From Octopus sinensis (Eukaryota): a DNA stretch of 64,000 nt. How positions within the stretch are numbered: the stretch's first letter is position 1; the number at the start of each line of letters is the position of its first letter. Below the pieces are notes generated by a model, which was given only the letters and a program-made list of their open reading frames with translations, did not search any database and was not told the origin of the DNA. The translations under genes were made by a program, and so were the position numbers. Below, in pieces: positions 39,256-52,993 of the stretch. The stretch covers positions 12,152,001 through 12,216,000 of the forward strand of contig NC_043001.1 of the NCBI RefSeq assembly GCF_006345805.1, given 5' to 3'.

Positions 39256-40589
39256 TCAAGTGAAGACGAGCAGCAAGTGAAATCTTCCTTTGAATCTGGT
39301 GCAACGAATACAAAAGAGGAACACGTTAAAATTAACTATGGAAATGCAAAAAAAAAAAAAAACCTGTATCCAACAAAAATCATGTCAACCATATTTAAGA
39401 ATCGTGTGAAGCATATTTAAGAAGCTGAATTATAGGAACCACCAAATAAAGAGTACCAAAGATTTCAAAGACACTTTCGACCCGTGTATTCGCTCTCCCT
39501 CTTCAGCAATCTCTACACAAATTCGCAAATATAACGGAAATGGCATAAATGGACATCAGAAGAATAAGATTCTGTACTGAATTTATATTCTATATTCGAA
39601 GTTCAAAATTACAAAACTACTGCTCAGATATAAACTTCAGAGAAGAAAATAAAGCGGAATTAAAAGTGCGTGTGCATACCAGAAAATTGGCAACCATAAG
39701 AAGATTCCAGCCCAAAATGTTCGAATTCAAACAGACAGAACATCGATAGAACATAAGTAACGAATAACAAATATAAAAGTATTGCGAATACCAGGCAGGA
39801 TAAAAGACCTAGCACGTGCTAAAAGTCTAAATTAAAACACGAAACGCGAATTCAGCCCGTAGAGAACTACAGAATACTAACTGAAAAGAGCCATGCAACA
39901 ACAGCACAAACAAATGGTTACACAGTGGAGAAAATGAAGAAAATAGTAGAACAGGAAATGCTTTAGTAGAAATCGTGATCATTACAATGTAAATCTCGAT
40001 CTAATGCAGGAATATCAAATAAAATTTTTTCGTATAGTTCTACGAATGTAACTTTCATGAATAACAGCGGTTACTAAACTAGCAACAATAGCTAGACATG
40101 CAAGCGTGCCCGAAACAGGCTTCTGCAGTAGGGACTACCGTTTCAAAGTAATTTGCTTAGTTTCGCGGTTGAATGCAAATAGGAATACAAAACGAAGCAT
40201 TGTGAAATACCATAAAATGAGGGAAAGGATAATTTGACCATTAATGAAAAGGGAAATTCTCTAGAAACTTTGAAAACATGAAAATCGATTTCTTTGAATT
40301 TCAGTGAGATCAGCTTTGCGGCGTTGTAGCAATTTTCTAAATGTTATTCTGTAGGATTCCTACAAGAGATTCTTCAGATTATTGGAGACTTACCTCTAAA
40401 TCTGATCAACATTTTACTGAAATTTCTGCTGAGGAATGGCATTATAAAATATCATTACCATGCGAAAGCTGAGATTGAATGCACCGGTTTTCGTGCGAAC
40501 ACCAAAATGGAGCAATGTTGGGCCAAGTTGGTAACTAAATGAGTGAACCGCTTCGGAAATCTAAGGGCTATTACCATCTCATACCCACA

Positions 40590-41388
40590 CAGAGACACAG
40601 ACGCGCACGCACACGCTCACATACACATACATACAGACATACATATAGACATCCATACATATATACATACGTATAAACATAAATATATACGTACATACAT
40701 ACATACATACATGCATACATATGTACTTGCTTACATATATACATGCATACATATATACATACATACATATGTACATACATACATGCATACATATATACAT
40801 ACATACATATATACATGCATATATACATGCATACATATATACATACATATATATATACATATATAAACACATACATACATACACACATACATACATAAAT
40901 ACATACATAAATACATACATACGCAGACGTACGACGTCATATATTTCTTACATTCTATTACTTTACTTGGTATGTATGTATATATGTATGTATGTATATA
41001 TGTATGTCTATATGTATGTATGTATACATATATACATACGTATATACATACATACATATATACATACATACATGCATACATATGTACTCGCTTACATATA
41101 TACATGCATACATGTATACATATATACATATAGACATACATATATACATACATACATATATACATACATATGTACATACATACATGTATAGATATATACA
41201 TACATACATATATATATGCATATATACATGCATACATATATACATACATATATATATATACATATATAAACACATACATATATATATATACATATATAAA
41301 CACATACATACATACACACATACATAAATACATGCATACGCAGACATACGACATCATATATTTCTTACATTCTACTACTTTACTAGGT
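40590..41388. repeat. (TACA)n-rich array with ~420-bp direct duplication
   Basis: Unique markers repeat twice: atgtact(t/c)gcttacat (about 40721 and 41083) and cgcagac.tacgac.tcatatatttcttacattcta (about 40922 and 41339). Confidence 0.85.
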
Positions 41389-41401
41389 TTATATTTATAC
41401 C

Positions 41402-41635
41402 TATTTCTTTATTACCCACAAGGGGCTAAACATAGAGGGGACAAACATGGACAGAGATAGGTATTAAGTCGATTACATCGACCCGAGTGCGGTCTGGTAC
41501 TTAATTTATCGACCCCCAAAGGATGAAAAGCAAAGTCAACCTCGGCGGAATTTGAACTCACAACGTAACGACAGACGAAATACCGCTAAGCATTTCATCC
41601 GGCGTGGTAGCGTTTCTGCCAGCTCGCCGCCTTCT
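41402..41635 (-). mobile_element. SINE family B with 18-bp TSD
   Basis: TSD taggtttatatttatacc (41384-41401) / taggtttatattcatacc (41636-41653). Confidence 0.9.
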
Positions 41636-41900
41636 TAGGTTTATATTCATACCATTTATCAGTATGTTCAAATCCTAACTTTCTACATAGCTCCCAGTAG
41701 ATTGCTCTCCTTATATGGTCATGTCTTTTCTTGTATTTTTCCTATGCAAGCATGCTTCATTCTCTTACTATATGAGTAATGCTTTCCTCTTTCGATTTGC
41801 ATAATCTACGTTGGGAATCTACTTGGTTTTTGTCTTCTTCGCTTTTATCCAATGAGTCCTTAATGCTTGATCATGTGCAGCTACGAACAAACATTCTCTC

Positions 41901-41997
<97 letters not shown>

Positions 41998-42328
41998 GCA
42001 TTCCTTTCTGCAACCATAACCTTACCCATGACTCTACTATTTGCTGCAACTATCTTTGGGAATCTATCTACCTTGCAACGCCTCTCCTACCAGTCAGATC
42101 ATTTCTGTTCTCTTTTCTGGCTTTTTGAATTTGGAGAGTCCCACCAACGGAGTTTTGTTTTCCGAGTTTTTGTTTTTCCTTTCCAGATTATTTCGCATGC
42201 TTTCTATGAATGTGACATCGAAATCACACATAATCGGCTTCTTTCTCCAGAAAAGGAAATATTTGGTTGCTATTTCTTCTGAGAAAGAACTATATTCTTT
42301 CAATCGAAGAAAAAATCGAAATTACATA

Positions 42329-42680
42329 GGCGCAGGAGTGTCTGTTTGGTAAGTAGCTTGCTAACCAACCACATGGTTCCGGGTTCAGTCCCACTGCGTG
42401 GCATCTTGGGCACGTGTCTTCTGCTATAGCCCCGGGCCGACCAATGCCTTGGGAGTGGATTTGGTAGACGGAAACTGAAAGAAGCCTGTCGTATATATGT
42501 ATATATATATATAAGTGTGTGTGAATATGTTTGTGTGTCTGTGTTTGTTCCCCTAGCATTGCTTGACAACCGATGCTGGTGTGTTTACGTCCCCGTAACT
42601 TAGCGGTCGATTTGCTCGACTAAAGACGGTGCTCCAGCATGGCCGCAGTCAAATGACTGAAACAAGTAAAAAGAGTAAAA
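42329..42680 (+). mobile_element. SINE family A with internal deletion
   Basis: Head and tail as in the other copies; lacks the aaagagaccgatag...cctgggg segment. Confidence 0.88.
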
Positions 42681-42977
42681 AAAATGAAAAAGAGGAAAAG
42701 AGGGTGGAGCCGTTTGAGAATGTATAGGGAACAAACAGACAGACAAAGAATGTTACATAGGGAGAGATAAACGGGTTTGTATGGCCACATAGCAATTCAC
42801 ACTCCCGTAGTTTGTAATAAAAAGTGACCAGGAGTCTCACGCAGTCACTCATTCTCATATGCGTATATACGTTTGTTTGGGTGTGTGCCCGCGCGTGTGT
42901 GTGCATGTGCACATCTGCGTGTACATGTATATATGTATATGTGTATGTAGATATGTGTCTATATATATATATATTTG

Positions 42978-43052
<75 letters not shown>

Positions 43053-43123
43053 GCAGACAGACAGACAAAGAAGCAGACAGAAACGCATGCAAACACCAAT
43101 ATCTTATATTGGACAGGTATATA

Positions 43124-43173
<50 letters not shown>

Positions 43174-43846
43174 AAACAATGACGGACACACACACACATA
43201 CACACACAAACATACAAACTCACACGTGCGCACTCCTACAAATGCGCGTATATATACTCTCTGCTTTACTTTTTCATACAAAGCCCCCCTATATAATTAG
43301 ATTGCAGTGATATACAGATTTTAAATGACATGCAAATCTAAAGGTATTTATACTTTCATATCTTATGATAAGCAAGAATAAAGGAACGAGATTTCTTAGC
43401 TCTGGTGTTCGACATATCACATGCGTATTATATGTTTCACCTGCAAACACAAAGCTAGGTACTAGTTCGTTTCCGGTCGCTGGCATTCTTTTATACACAT
43501 AATGTAAGTCCATGCTGATAAGTCTACGTCTTTGGCACTTGTAATATTAGAATTACTATTTTTATTGCAAGCATCTATAGAATAACAAATGTAGATGTTA
43601 ACATAAGTAGAATTATTCTCGGGGCTTCAACCTGATATCAATACTACATATATTGTTGCTGAAATATACGCGTACATACATAAATGTATTCATACACAAA
43701 CATACATACATTCATACTTAGATACATGCACAAATACACACATAGGATATCATATTAATCATGAAATATTGTTTGGTATCAAAAGTTGCCGAGGTGGTAC
43801 CCTTGTCTCTCGTATGAGTCCGTGGAGGCAATCCTAACAACCGAAT

Positions 43847-44076
43847 TGATCCGTTTGTCTGTCCTCGTTTGCCCCCTCTGTGTTTAGCCCCTTGTGGGTA
43901 GTAAAGAAATAGGCATTTCGTCTGTCTTTACCTTCTGAGTTCATATTCCGCAGAGGTCGACTTTGCCATTCATCATTTCGGGGTCGATAAATTAAGTACC
44001 AGTTGCGTATAGAGGTCGATCTAATCGACTGCCCACCTCCTCCCAAAATTTCGGGCCTTGTGCCTGGAGTAGAAAA
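43847..44076 (+). mobile_element. SINE family B, 5'-truncated tail1-body-tail2
   Basis: Tail 1 followed by a body that ends cccaaaatttcgggccttgtgcctggagtagaaaa. Confidence 0.85.
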
Positions 44077-44666
44077 TATTATTTTTACAGGCATTTTCAA
44101 TCAGTGGCGCCAAGGGACATTTTGTAAAGAAGACGAGAGACTAACATATTCAATTGCAATTAAATTAGCAAAATCCACTCAACAAAGGACATGCACTCAT
44201 ACATATATGCTGTGTTAGTTATTCGATTGACAACGTAAGAAAATCAGTGTCCCAAACACAACCCCTCAAACACATAGATACACTCAAATCAGAATCTCAC
44301 AATACTTATAAAATGAAAGAAAAACAATGCGCTCCATGTAAAAATAGCATCTCTAGATAGGTTAACAAGACACATAAACGAATCTACATTAAATCTACAA
44401 TCGACCAAAAGAAAATTCAAAATGTAGGAGCAAAAAATCCATCTGAATATGAAATGCTACTTACTGTAATTGGAATCACTTCGAAACAAACGCTTTATTA
44501 AAATCCGGAACATGACCTAAGTAAACTGCACAACTACAAATGCCTTCCCTTTATATCATCAACGGATATCCAAACAAAGAGACCGAAAGAACATACCAAT
44601 TCAATTGTGACGAAAAGAGCATACCAATAGCTTTAGTCTGATTTGCACGAAATGTGTGTGTATATA

Positions 44667-45267
44667 TATTTCTTTACTACCCACAAGGGGCTAAACATAG
44701 AGGGGACAAACAAGGACTGACAAACGGATAAAGTCGATTATATCGACTCCATTGCGAAACTGGTATTTTATTTATCGACCCCGAAAGGTTGAAAGGCAAA
44801 GTCGACCTTGGTGGAATTTGAGCTCAGAACGTAACGACAGACGAAATACCTATTCCTTTACTACCATCAAGGGGCTAAACATAGAGGGGACAAACAAGGA
44901 CAGATAAACGGATTAAGTCGATTATATCGACCCCAGTCCGAAACTGGTATTTTATTTATCGACCCCGAAAGGTTGAAAGGCAAAGTCGACCTTGGTGGAA
45001 TTTGAACTCAGAACGTAACGACAGACGAAATACCTATTCCTTTACTACCCACAAGGGGATAAACACAGAGGGGACAAGCAAGGACAGACAAACGGATTAA
45101 GTCGATTACATCGACCCCAGTGCGTAACTGGTACTTAATTTATCGACCCCGAATGGATGAAAGGCAAAGTCGACCTCGGCGGAATTTGAACTCAGAACTT
45201 AACGGCAGACGAAATACCGCTCCGCATTTCGCCCGGCGTACTAACGATTATGCCAGCTCGCCAACTT
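44667..45267 (-). mobile_element. SINE family B trimer
   Basis: One head (about 45215-45267) and three body+tail1 units of about 183 bp; tgtgtgtatata on both flanks. Confidence 0.92.
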
Positions 45268-45530
45268 CATATGTGTGTATATAGAAGTATGTAATGGTTT
45301 GAAAATTTTCCTCGAGGCCAGCAATTACAATGACTCCTGCTTTTAACTGGTACTTATTTTATCGACTCTGTAAGGATGAAAAGCAAATTCAACCTCGTCA
45401 GAATTCGAACTCAAAACGTAAATACGAACGAAAAAACATTGAGCATTTCGCCCGGCGTGCTAGTAATTCTGCTACCACGCTGCCTTATAAAGGAAAGAAT
45501 ATGACCACCCTATCGGTAATTACAAAATCA

Positions 45531-45756
45531 AAGGCGGCGAGCTGGCAGAATAGTTAGCACGCCGGGCGAAGTGCTTTGCAGCATTTCGTCTGCCGCTACG
45601 TTTTGAGTTCAAATTCCGCCTAGATCGACTTTGCTTTTCATCCTTTCGGGGTCGATTAAATAAGTAACGGTTACGCACTGGGGTCGATGTAATCGACTTA
45701 ATCCGTGTGTCTGTCCGTGTTTGTTCCCTTCTGTGTTTAGCCCGTTGTGGGTAATT
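45531..45756 (+). mobile_element. SINE family B
   Basis: Full head-body-tail 1; ggtaatt(a/g)ca on both flanks. Confidence 0.88.
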
Positions 45757-46752
45757 GCAGAATGAGTTCCATTCCACGAAAATATAAGATAATTTATTAC
45801 GAAAGAGGACCGTAAGCAGATCAATACACCCACACACACACACATAGCATTTGGGGAATTCAGTTTTGTGATGGTAATATTCATAGAATAATGGCTAAAC
45901 TCAACATGATTGAAAACACGTACGTGCAGAGAGATGCCTACATCGGTGTCCTTACAAAGTAAGAGAAATTTATAAAAACTTAATATAGAATCTAGGTAAG
46001 AATACGTAGGCGTTTATGCTTCATTTCAAGTCAAACGAATTCTTTGTGAAGAGACTGAACAATTAGGAGAAATTCTTCACGTTCAACAGCCTGCGATTAG
46101 TATACATTCTAATGAAAGGTATGTCATTTAGTGCTGCACTTCATAGAAAGGCATTGGATGTAGCCGTGCCAGGTCATAGGAACGTTGTCTACATTCAGCC
46201 AGGTAAATTTTAATATACACAAAGAAAATATACTCCTAATTCATTTTTCTGAATAATTTCTTCCCTCAGATGGCGTATGACTGAATTATGTATGTGTATA
46301 TGTATCTCTGTGTGCCACTCTCTTTCTCTCTCCCCACCTCTCTCTCCATATATATATACACATATATATATATATATACTAGCTCTCTCTTTATCTCTTT
46401 CTCTGCCTCTCTCAGTCTCTCTCTCTCTATAGAGAGAAACATTTATATTTATATACACTCACATACACATATAAATATATATGTGTGAGTGTGTGTATGT
46501 ATACATACATGTATATATACTAATATATGTGTACAAATATACACACACACGCGCACACGCACACACACACGCACACCATATATATATATATATATATATA
46601 TATGAAAGTTTCCTTTCATTTTCCCTCTACATATAAGGACTTGGTTGGCCTAAGGCTACAGTAGAAAACATTCGCCCGAGATGCCACATAGTGGGACAGA
46701 ACTCTGAACTATGTTGTTAGTAAAAAAGCTACTTATCAGGCAGCCACGCATA

Positions 46753-46785
<33 letters not shown>

Positions 46786-46793
<8 letters not shown>

Positions 46794-47093
46794 GAAAGAA
46801 TGGAGTTAAACGACTTCTCCTGATGAGAAGGCGGCATAATGCACCCCTTATTTCTTCGAAATTATGGAATATGCAGCCTTCGAAACATGTGTCGAGAATA
46901 AAGGAATTCTGTTAAATCGTCGTTCAACTCCATTCTTTCATTTATTTGTATTAAAAAACACACAAATTTCCACACGAAAGCTCGTGATCTCTGCCCTTGG
47001 CATGTAGCTTCAACCGTGTTTTTCTGACGTGAATTTGCTACCCAGGTATCGGTTAACCGAATTATCCATACTAAGATAATTCATTCAACTACT
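46786..47093 (+). mobile_element. Short non-coding PLE/retrozyme-like module between two (TA)n tracts
   Basis: Hammerhead flanked by a 29-bp inverted repeat (46786-46814 / 46919-46947, one mismatch); (TA)n on both sides. Confidence 0.7.
46815..46898 (+). ncRNA. Apparently intact type-I hammerhead ribozyme
   Basis: ttctc-CTGATGA-gaaggc(g)gcata...tatgc(a)gccttc-GAAAC-atgt-GTC-gagaa. Complete catalytic core, GUC cleavage triplet, perfect stem I, strong stem II, near-palindromic stem III, then AATAAA. Confidence 0.85.
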
Positions 47094-47105
47094 TATATAT
47101 ATATA

Positions 47106-47200
<95 letters not shown>

Positions 47201-47419
47201 TATTACGGATATGTACTTGCATAGCAAGTGGCCTGATCTGAGATTGTGTGCGGAAACAAAAATAATTGCAGCGTGGAATGTGTTTACTAGCCATTAAAAA
47301 AAAAACGTTAGATACACTTCAATATTTATATTGAATTTGTCAAATTATTTCCGTCGCTTTGAAATCACGTATATATGCTTTCCTTCTGAAATAAAATAAA
47401 TAAATACGCCTTTTTATAG

Positions 47420-47653
47420 CTCAGACAGGCTCATGGTCCCAGTTTCCCGGTTTCAATGGCGTAAGTGTTTCCCAGCTGGACGGGACGCCAGTCCATCGCA
47501 GCGTTACTCATTTTTGCCAGCTGAGTGGACTGGAGGAGCAACGTGAAATGAAGTGTTTTGCTCACGAACACAACGTATCGCCCGGTCCATGAATCGAAAC
47601 CACAACCTTACGATCATAATGCTGACACCCTAACCAATAAGCCACCTCCTCCA
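47420..47653 (-). mobile_element. tRNA-headed SINE family D
   Basis: Minus strand: tggcttattggttagggtgtcagca...ggtttcgattc head, then gagcaaaacacttcattt...gcgatggactggcgtcccgtccag, which resembles V-SINE-type central domains. Confidence 0.7.
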
Positions 47654-47773
47654 CTTTTCTTTATCAAAATCTTTACATAAGGAAGTAGCATTAGAAATGT
47701 AATACTACCTACTATTTTAAAATATATTGTCATATTTCACTCACGTCTTAATTCTTAAGAATTAACAATTTAA

Positions 47774-48178
47774 AGGCAGTGACCTGGCAGAATTGTTAGC
47801 ACGCTGGGCGAGATGCTTAGCAGTATTTCGTGTGCCGCTACGTTCTGATTTCAAATTTCGCCGAGGTCGACTTTGCCTTTCATCCTTTCGGGGTCGATTA
47901 AATAAGTACCAGTTACGCACTGGAGTTGATATAATCAGCTTAAGCCGTTTATCTGCCTTTGTTTGTCCTCTCTGTGTTTAGCCCCTTGTGGGTAGTAAAG
48001 AAATAGGTATTTCGTTCTGAGTTCAATTTCCGCCGAGGTTGACTTTGCCTTTCATCCTTTCGGGATCGATAAATTAAGTACCAGTTACGCACTGGGATCG
48101 ATGTAATCAACTTAATCCGTTTGTCTGTCCTTGTTTTTCTCCTCTATGTTTAGCCTCTTGTGGCCAATAAAGAAATAT
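47774..48178 (+). mobile_element. SINE family B dimer with 15-bp TSD
   Basis: TSD gaattaacaatttaa at 47759-47773 and 48179-48193 encloses both units. Confidence 0.92.
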
Positions 48179-50084
48179 GAATTAACAATTTAATTAAGAA
48201 CTCAGTGCAGTGAATTGATAATATATCTATTTGATACATTATATTTATATATCCATCCATCAATTACAGTTAGTGTATCTACAGCATTGGCAAACATAAT
48301 GCTCTGATCTTTGTCTGAGAGAAAGTCTCTTTATAGGCCTGCTGCATAGACCAAATCCACTTCCAGCGATATATAGGAAACTTAATAATTCATTCGCCGA
48401 TATTGTCAAAAGCCGCCGGGCAGAAGAAAAGCTCGATGTATGCAACTGATATAATATTAATCTAAAATAGTTATTCATTGCACATGTCTATGAAGGTATT
48501 TTCCCTGAGACAAATATCACATCACTATACCTCTCGGCGGTGTATATATCCCACGTATAATCATAACTCTTTATAATTGCTATTTAAATTTTTATTCTTT
48601 AACTCATTGCTTGGCATTCGGCGCTGTAAGACATTAAAGGTGGGCATGCGCAAAAGTATAGGCAGAAATTACATCGCCTAATAGAATTATATACAACACA
48701 GTGTACAATGTTTAATTTATAAACGTCAATTTAATATTTCTACTTCGCAATAAATAAATCGGACTGCCGTTTTGTGTTAAAACATTATAGTCACTCTAGC
48801 TGAAGAAATCTCAAAGTATACTCACATCTATCCATAACTTTGGCATATCTACCCAATTTACTACACTACGATCTTGAAAAGAATTTAAATAGTAATATTC
48901 TAAAACAAAATAAAATAAATACTAATCTATTTCCGTTTAAAATGTAATAATATTTATCACCAAGACAATGATTTGCGTTTTCTTTTCTCTCCATTTATTT
49001 TACCTCAGCATCTTTAACAAGAATTGAAAAATTACTTTTCCATTAAGGAGTAAAATATGTTACAAGCTTTATTGTACCATTTATCTAACCGTCACCTTAA
49101 ATGTGAGTGTTTTTGTTAAGAAGTAAACGATTTTAGATTTCCGTTCTTTTTTTTTTTTGCCAGTTTAACAATGAAAAGCAACGATGGTTTATTTACTCTG
49201 TAATCGACAGCTTTATGTAAGAACTTTTTATAAAATGCTGACTTTCACTCCTCATACAATATTGAATTCTTTCCGGTGGGAATGACGTCAGAATAAACAT
49301 AAAAAAATGACCCAGCAATCCGTCATATCTAAAGTATCATCTATCACTTGACAAAATTCTGTTACGTTTTGAGAAAAAAAAAGCAAAAACATTCTAATAT
49401 TCTCAGAACTTTTGATTTATTCTGTTTACTGATATAATAATTTTCAATTCCATTACCAGCATAACGATGGCATTTAATATTTTTCTTCTGTTTTATTATT
49501 TTATTTGGCTTTAAATATTATATCATGAACTTAAATTTTTTCTACTAAAGTGAAAAATACAATAAAAATGTCATTGTGAAAAACGACGCCATTTACATAA
49601 AGGCATCCATGCTTATGTACTCGTGTTCGAGGTCAGAATCAGACGAAATTCTTTAACAATCTCTTTGAAAGTGTAATAATAAAAGATAAGAATCAGACTG
49701 AAACGTTATAAACAAACTGACGACGATAAACTTCAGAGGAAAAGCATATGAATTCAGAGAGAGAAGATAAAAATCTTGGTAAATGTGCACTTATTTCATC
49801 GATTTGTTTAACTCACTCAAAAATATGTTTATAAAGCGAATATTATGGTTAGTTTCAACAAGGGCTGAAAGGACGGATTTCTGTTAGATTCTAAATATAT
49901 GTTTTTAAATAAAATGTCTTATATTATTGGGTACGATGTAGAACAGGAAATAAGTATGATTGATGAAATAAACTTCTCATGGAACTATAATGAAAGTATC
50001 GCATCGTTACTGCAAAGCGTCAATCTGATGGCGGAATTGGGGCGATTCATCGCCGCCACTACAAAAATAAGAAACATTTGCTGA

Positions 50085-50525
50085 AACAATTGGGTGAAGG
50101 AAAGGCTGAAGTAATTGAAATTCTATTACCTGGAAGGAAGGCGTGAAATGTATGCAGTGATGTACAAATGGAAGATCCTGGAAGGTCTAGCTCTCAAATT
50201 TGCCATTAAAATCTATACCAAACACCGAAACGAACAGCACACAATAGTACCCAAAGATCCTGTCTTGTCCATCTCGAATAAGGATCTAGGACTGTAAGAG
50301 CTTCGGTCCAGGGCTCTACACATTTTGCCAGACCCCAGAGATTTGTGGGTAGTGGATGGGCATGTCTTCAAAATGATTTTTATCTGACATTGCAAATGCA
50401 CCCACATCGAAGCCGGAGGAACAAGAACAGTATTTGGGTCCACTCGCACCTGCGCCAGAAACAGAAAAGATCAGAAAACCAAACACACGGAAACACGATA
50501 CTCCATGATGACTCAAACTCTAACT
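50085..50525 (+). mobile_element. CR1/L2-group LINE 3' fragment, decayed
   Basis: LKFYYLEGRREMYAVMYKWKILEGL resembles LKLYSLERRRERY.IIY.WKILEGL; later HILPDPRDL..VDGHVFK. Confidence 0.65.
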
Positions 50526-50755
50526 GAAAGGCTGAAACCAGTAAAAGATAAAGGAAATGTAGAAGATATATATATGTATATATATTATCAGCTGTTATAT
50601 ATACATATATATATATATATATAAGTTCAGTAAAATTTAGATTCAGATGAATATGGTACTTAAGTTAAAGGCACCAGAATTTAGTATGGTATTATCCATA
50701 TAATTCAAAATAAGGTGATTATAATCAAAATAATCAACAAGGATATTCAGAGGTA

Positions 50756-50845
50756 ATGCAGTACGGATAGTTTCATGCGAATCAATTTAATTGAACAATG
50801 CAAATATTACATCAATTTTAAATTTAGAGCAATCTTCAGCTGCAT
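50756..50845 (-). ncRNA. Type-I hammerhead ribozyme motif
   Basis: Minus strand: atgcag-CTGAAGA-ttgc...gcat-GAAAC-tatcc-GTA-ctgcat. Perfect 6-bp stem I and intact core; the stem II closing pair is mismatched. About 130 bp from (TA)n at 50566-50622. Confidence 0.65.
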
Positions 50846-51969
50846 AAAAATATAGAATTTAGTTAAATTCAAAGGATTTCATTTGTATAGTTTTCTCATT
50901 ATCCAAAATCGCAAAGAGGATAAGTAGATAGACAAAGAACATCTTTTATCAAAACCATCTCAGTTGTAACCATTACTGACGGCTTCAGCGTTGCTGCCGA
51001 GTGTACTTGGGCTTGTATTGGCAGACTTTTCATAGATTTGGGTTATATTTTGCTCTGTATCACGGTGTGCCTTTGGAGGATTAAGTTCATTCTGTGGCCC
51101 CTTTTAGTATATATAAATGTGTGACTCTGTGTGTGTGGCTGTGTGTGTGTACAGATAGACAGAGAGGTAGACATACTGATTGATTAACAGACAGATATAT
51201 TGGTTTAAAGGAATACAAGAAAGAGTGATTACATTGCTAGTTTTTAATAAAACAATACAGTAATATTATTACCAAGGCGCTACTCTAAACAATAACACCC
51301 TTTGCAGACAGGAAATAAATCATAAAGCGTGAAAGGAATGCGCGAATAATGGATGGAGAACGGATAAGTGTCATCCTTCAAATACACACGGAAAGAAATA
51401 CGCAGGCGTAAAAGAAGAATTTTTTTAAAATATCAATATAGGTAGTAAATAACTGAAGCGGCCATAAAGATGGTGGGAGTTGGCACGAAATAGAAATAGT
51501 CATAGTATGAATATGAACACTGGAGTCAGCAGAAAGTACTTGCCAACAAAATGACCAAGAAACCAGGAAAGTTAAATTTAAAAGGAAACAGAATGTGATA
51601 GATTGTAGAAATGCCAGAGGGTAGTATGTTAGCTTTTAAATCGTACTTGTTCATTCTGTCGTTCATACGTAACTAAACATACATATATACATTTATACAT
51701 ACAAACACTCGTAAATACATGCGTACATATAAACGTACTTACATATGTATTTATAGATATATACATAGAAAAATATATATATGTGCACTTACTCATGTAG
51801 GCACGTGGACATAAATCAACAACGTATAGTAATTAACGTTGAAAGTCAATTTGTGTGGACATTGGTGAAAGCACAGATATTAACAATTACAAGAATAATA
51901 AAGTAATATATACATAAATAAGATCGCTTACTCAGGTTCCTGCGCACCAGATAAAATATAAACGACAAT

Positions 51970-52354
51970 GGAAGCACTCCGTAGGTTACGACGACGAGGG
52001 TTCCGGTTAATCCGAATCAACGGAACAGCCTGCTCGTGAAATTATCGTACAAGTGGCTGAGCACTCCACAGACACGTGTACCCTTAACGTAGTTCTCGGG
52101 GATATTCAGCGTGACACAGAGAGTGACAAGGCCGGCCCTTTGAAATACAGGTACAACCGAAACAAGAAGTAAGAGTGAGAGAATGTTGTGGTGAAAGAGT
52201 ACAGCAGGGATCACCACCATCCCCCCCTGCCGGAGCCTCGTGGAGCTTTAGGTGTTTTCGCTCAATAAACAGTCACAACGCCCGGTCTGGGAATCGAAAC
52301 CGTGATCCTATGACCGCGAGTCCGCTGTCCTAACCACTGGGCCATTGCGCCTCC
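51970..52354 (-). mobile_element. SINE family C with 8-bp TSD
   Basis: TSD acgacaat at 51962-51969 and 52355-52362. Confidence 0.9.
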
Positions 52355-52539
52355 ACGACAATATACATACACTCATTGGAAATTGGTATCTTTAGAATGC
52401 ACGGACAGAAACACTACCTCGAGGCTAGTTAAGGTTGTAATTATGTCCAACAACCACTCATTGTGGATGACGACGTTATCATAGTAAGCGGAGTGTCTCT
52501 AAAACGCCGCTATCCAATCACCAAACGATAAAATATAAT

Positions 52540-52993
52540 CCTTTCTACTATAGGCACACGGCCTGAAATTTGGAGGAAAGGGACTAGTTGATTATATTGA
52601 CCCCAATGTTTTACTAGTTCTTAACTTATCGACCCCGGAACGATGAAAGGCATGTCTACTTCAGCGGAATTTGAACTCAGAAGGCAGCGACTGGCGAAAT
52701 ACCTATTTCTTTATTACCCACAAGGGGCTAAACACAGAGGGGACAAACAAGGACAGACATAGGTATTAAGTCGATTACATCGACCCCAGTGCGTAACTGG
52801 TACTTAATTTATCGACCCCGAAAGGATGAAAGGCAAAGTCGACCTCGGCGGAATTTGAACTCACAACGTAACGCAGACGAAATACCGCTAAGCATTTCGC
52901 CCCGCACGGTAACGTTTCTGCCAGCTCGCCGCTGGCGAAATACCGCTAAGCGTTTTGTCCAGCACGCGAACGTTTCTGCCAGCCCATCGCCTT
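52540..52993 (-). mobile_element. SINE family B composite (two heads, body-tail1, body-tail2)
   Basis: Heads at about 52885-52932 and 52935-52993; tail 1 at about 52703-52760; tail 2 at about 52540-52590. Confidence 0.85.

Noticed and set aside
44667-45267. Regularly spaced repeats suggestive of a CRISPR-like array
   Set aside because: Whole ~183-bp units repeat with no unique spacers; it is a SINE multimer in eukaryotic DNA.
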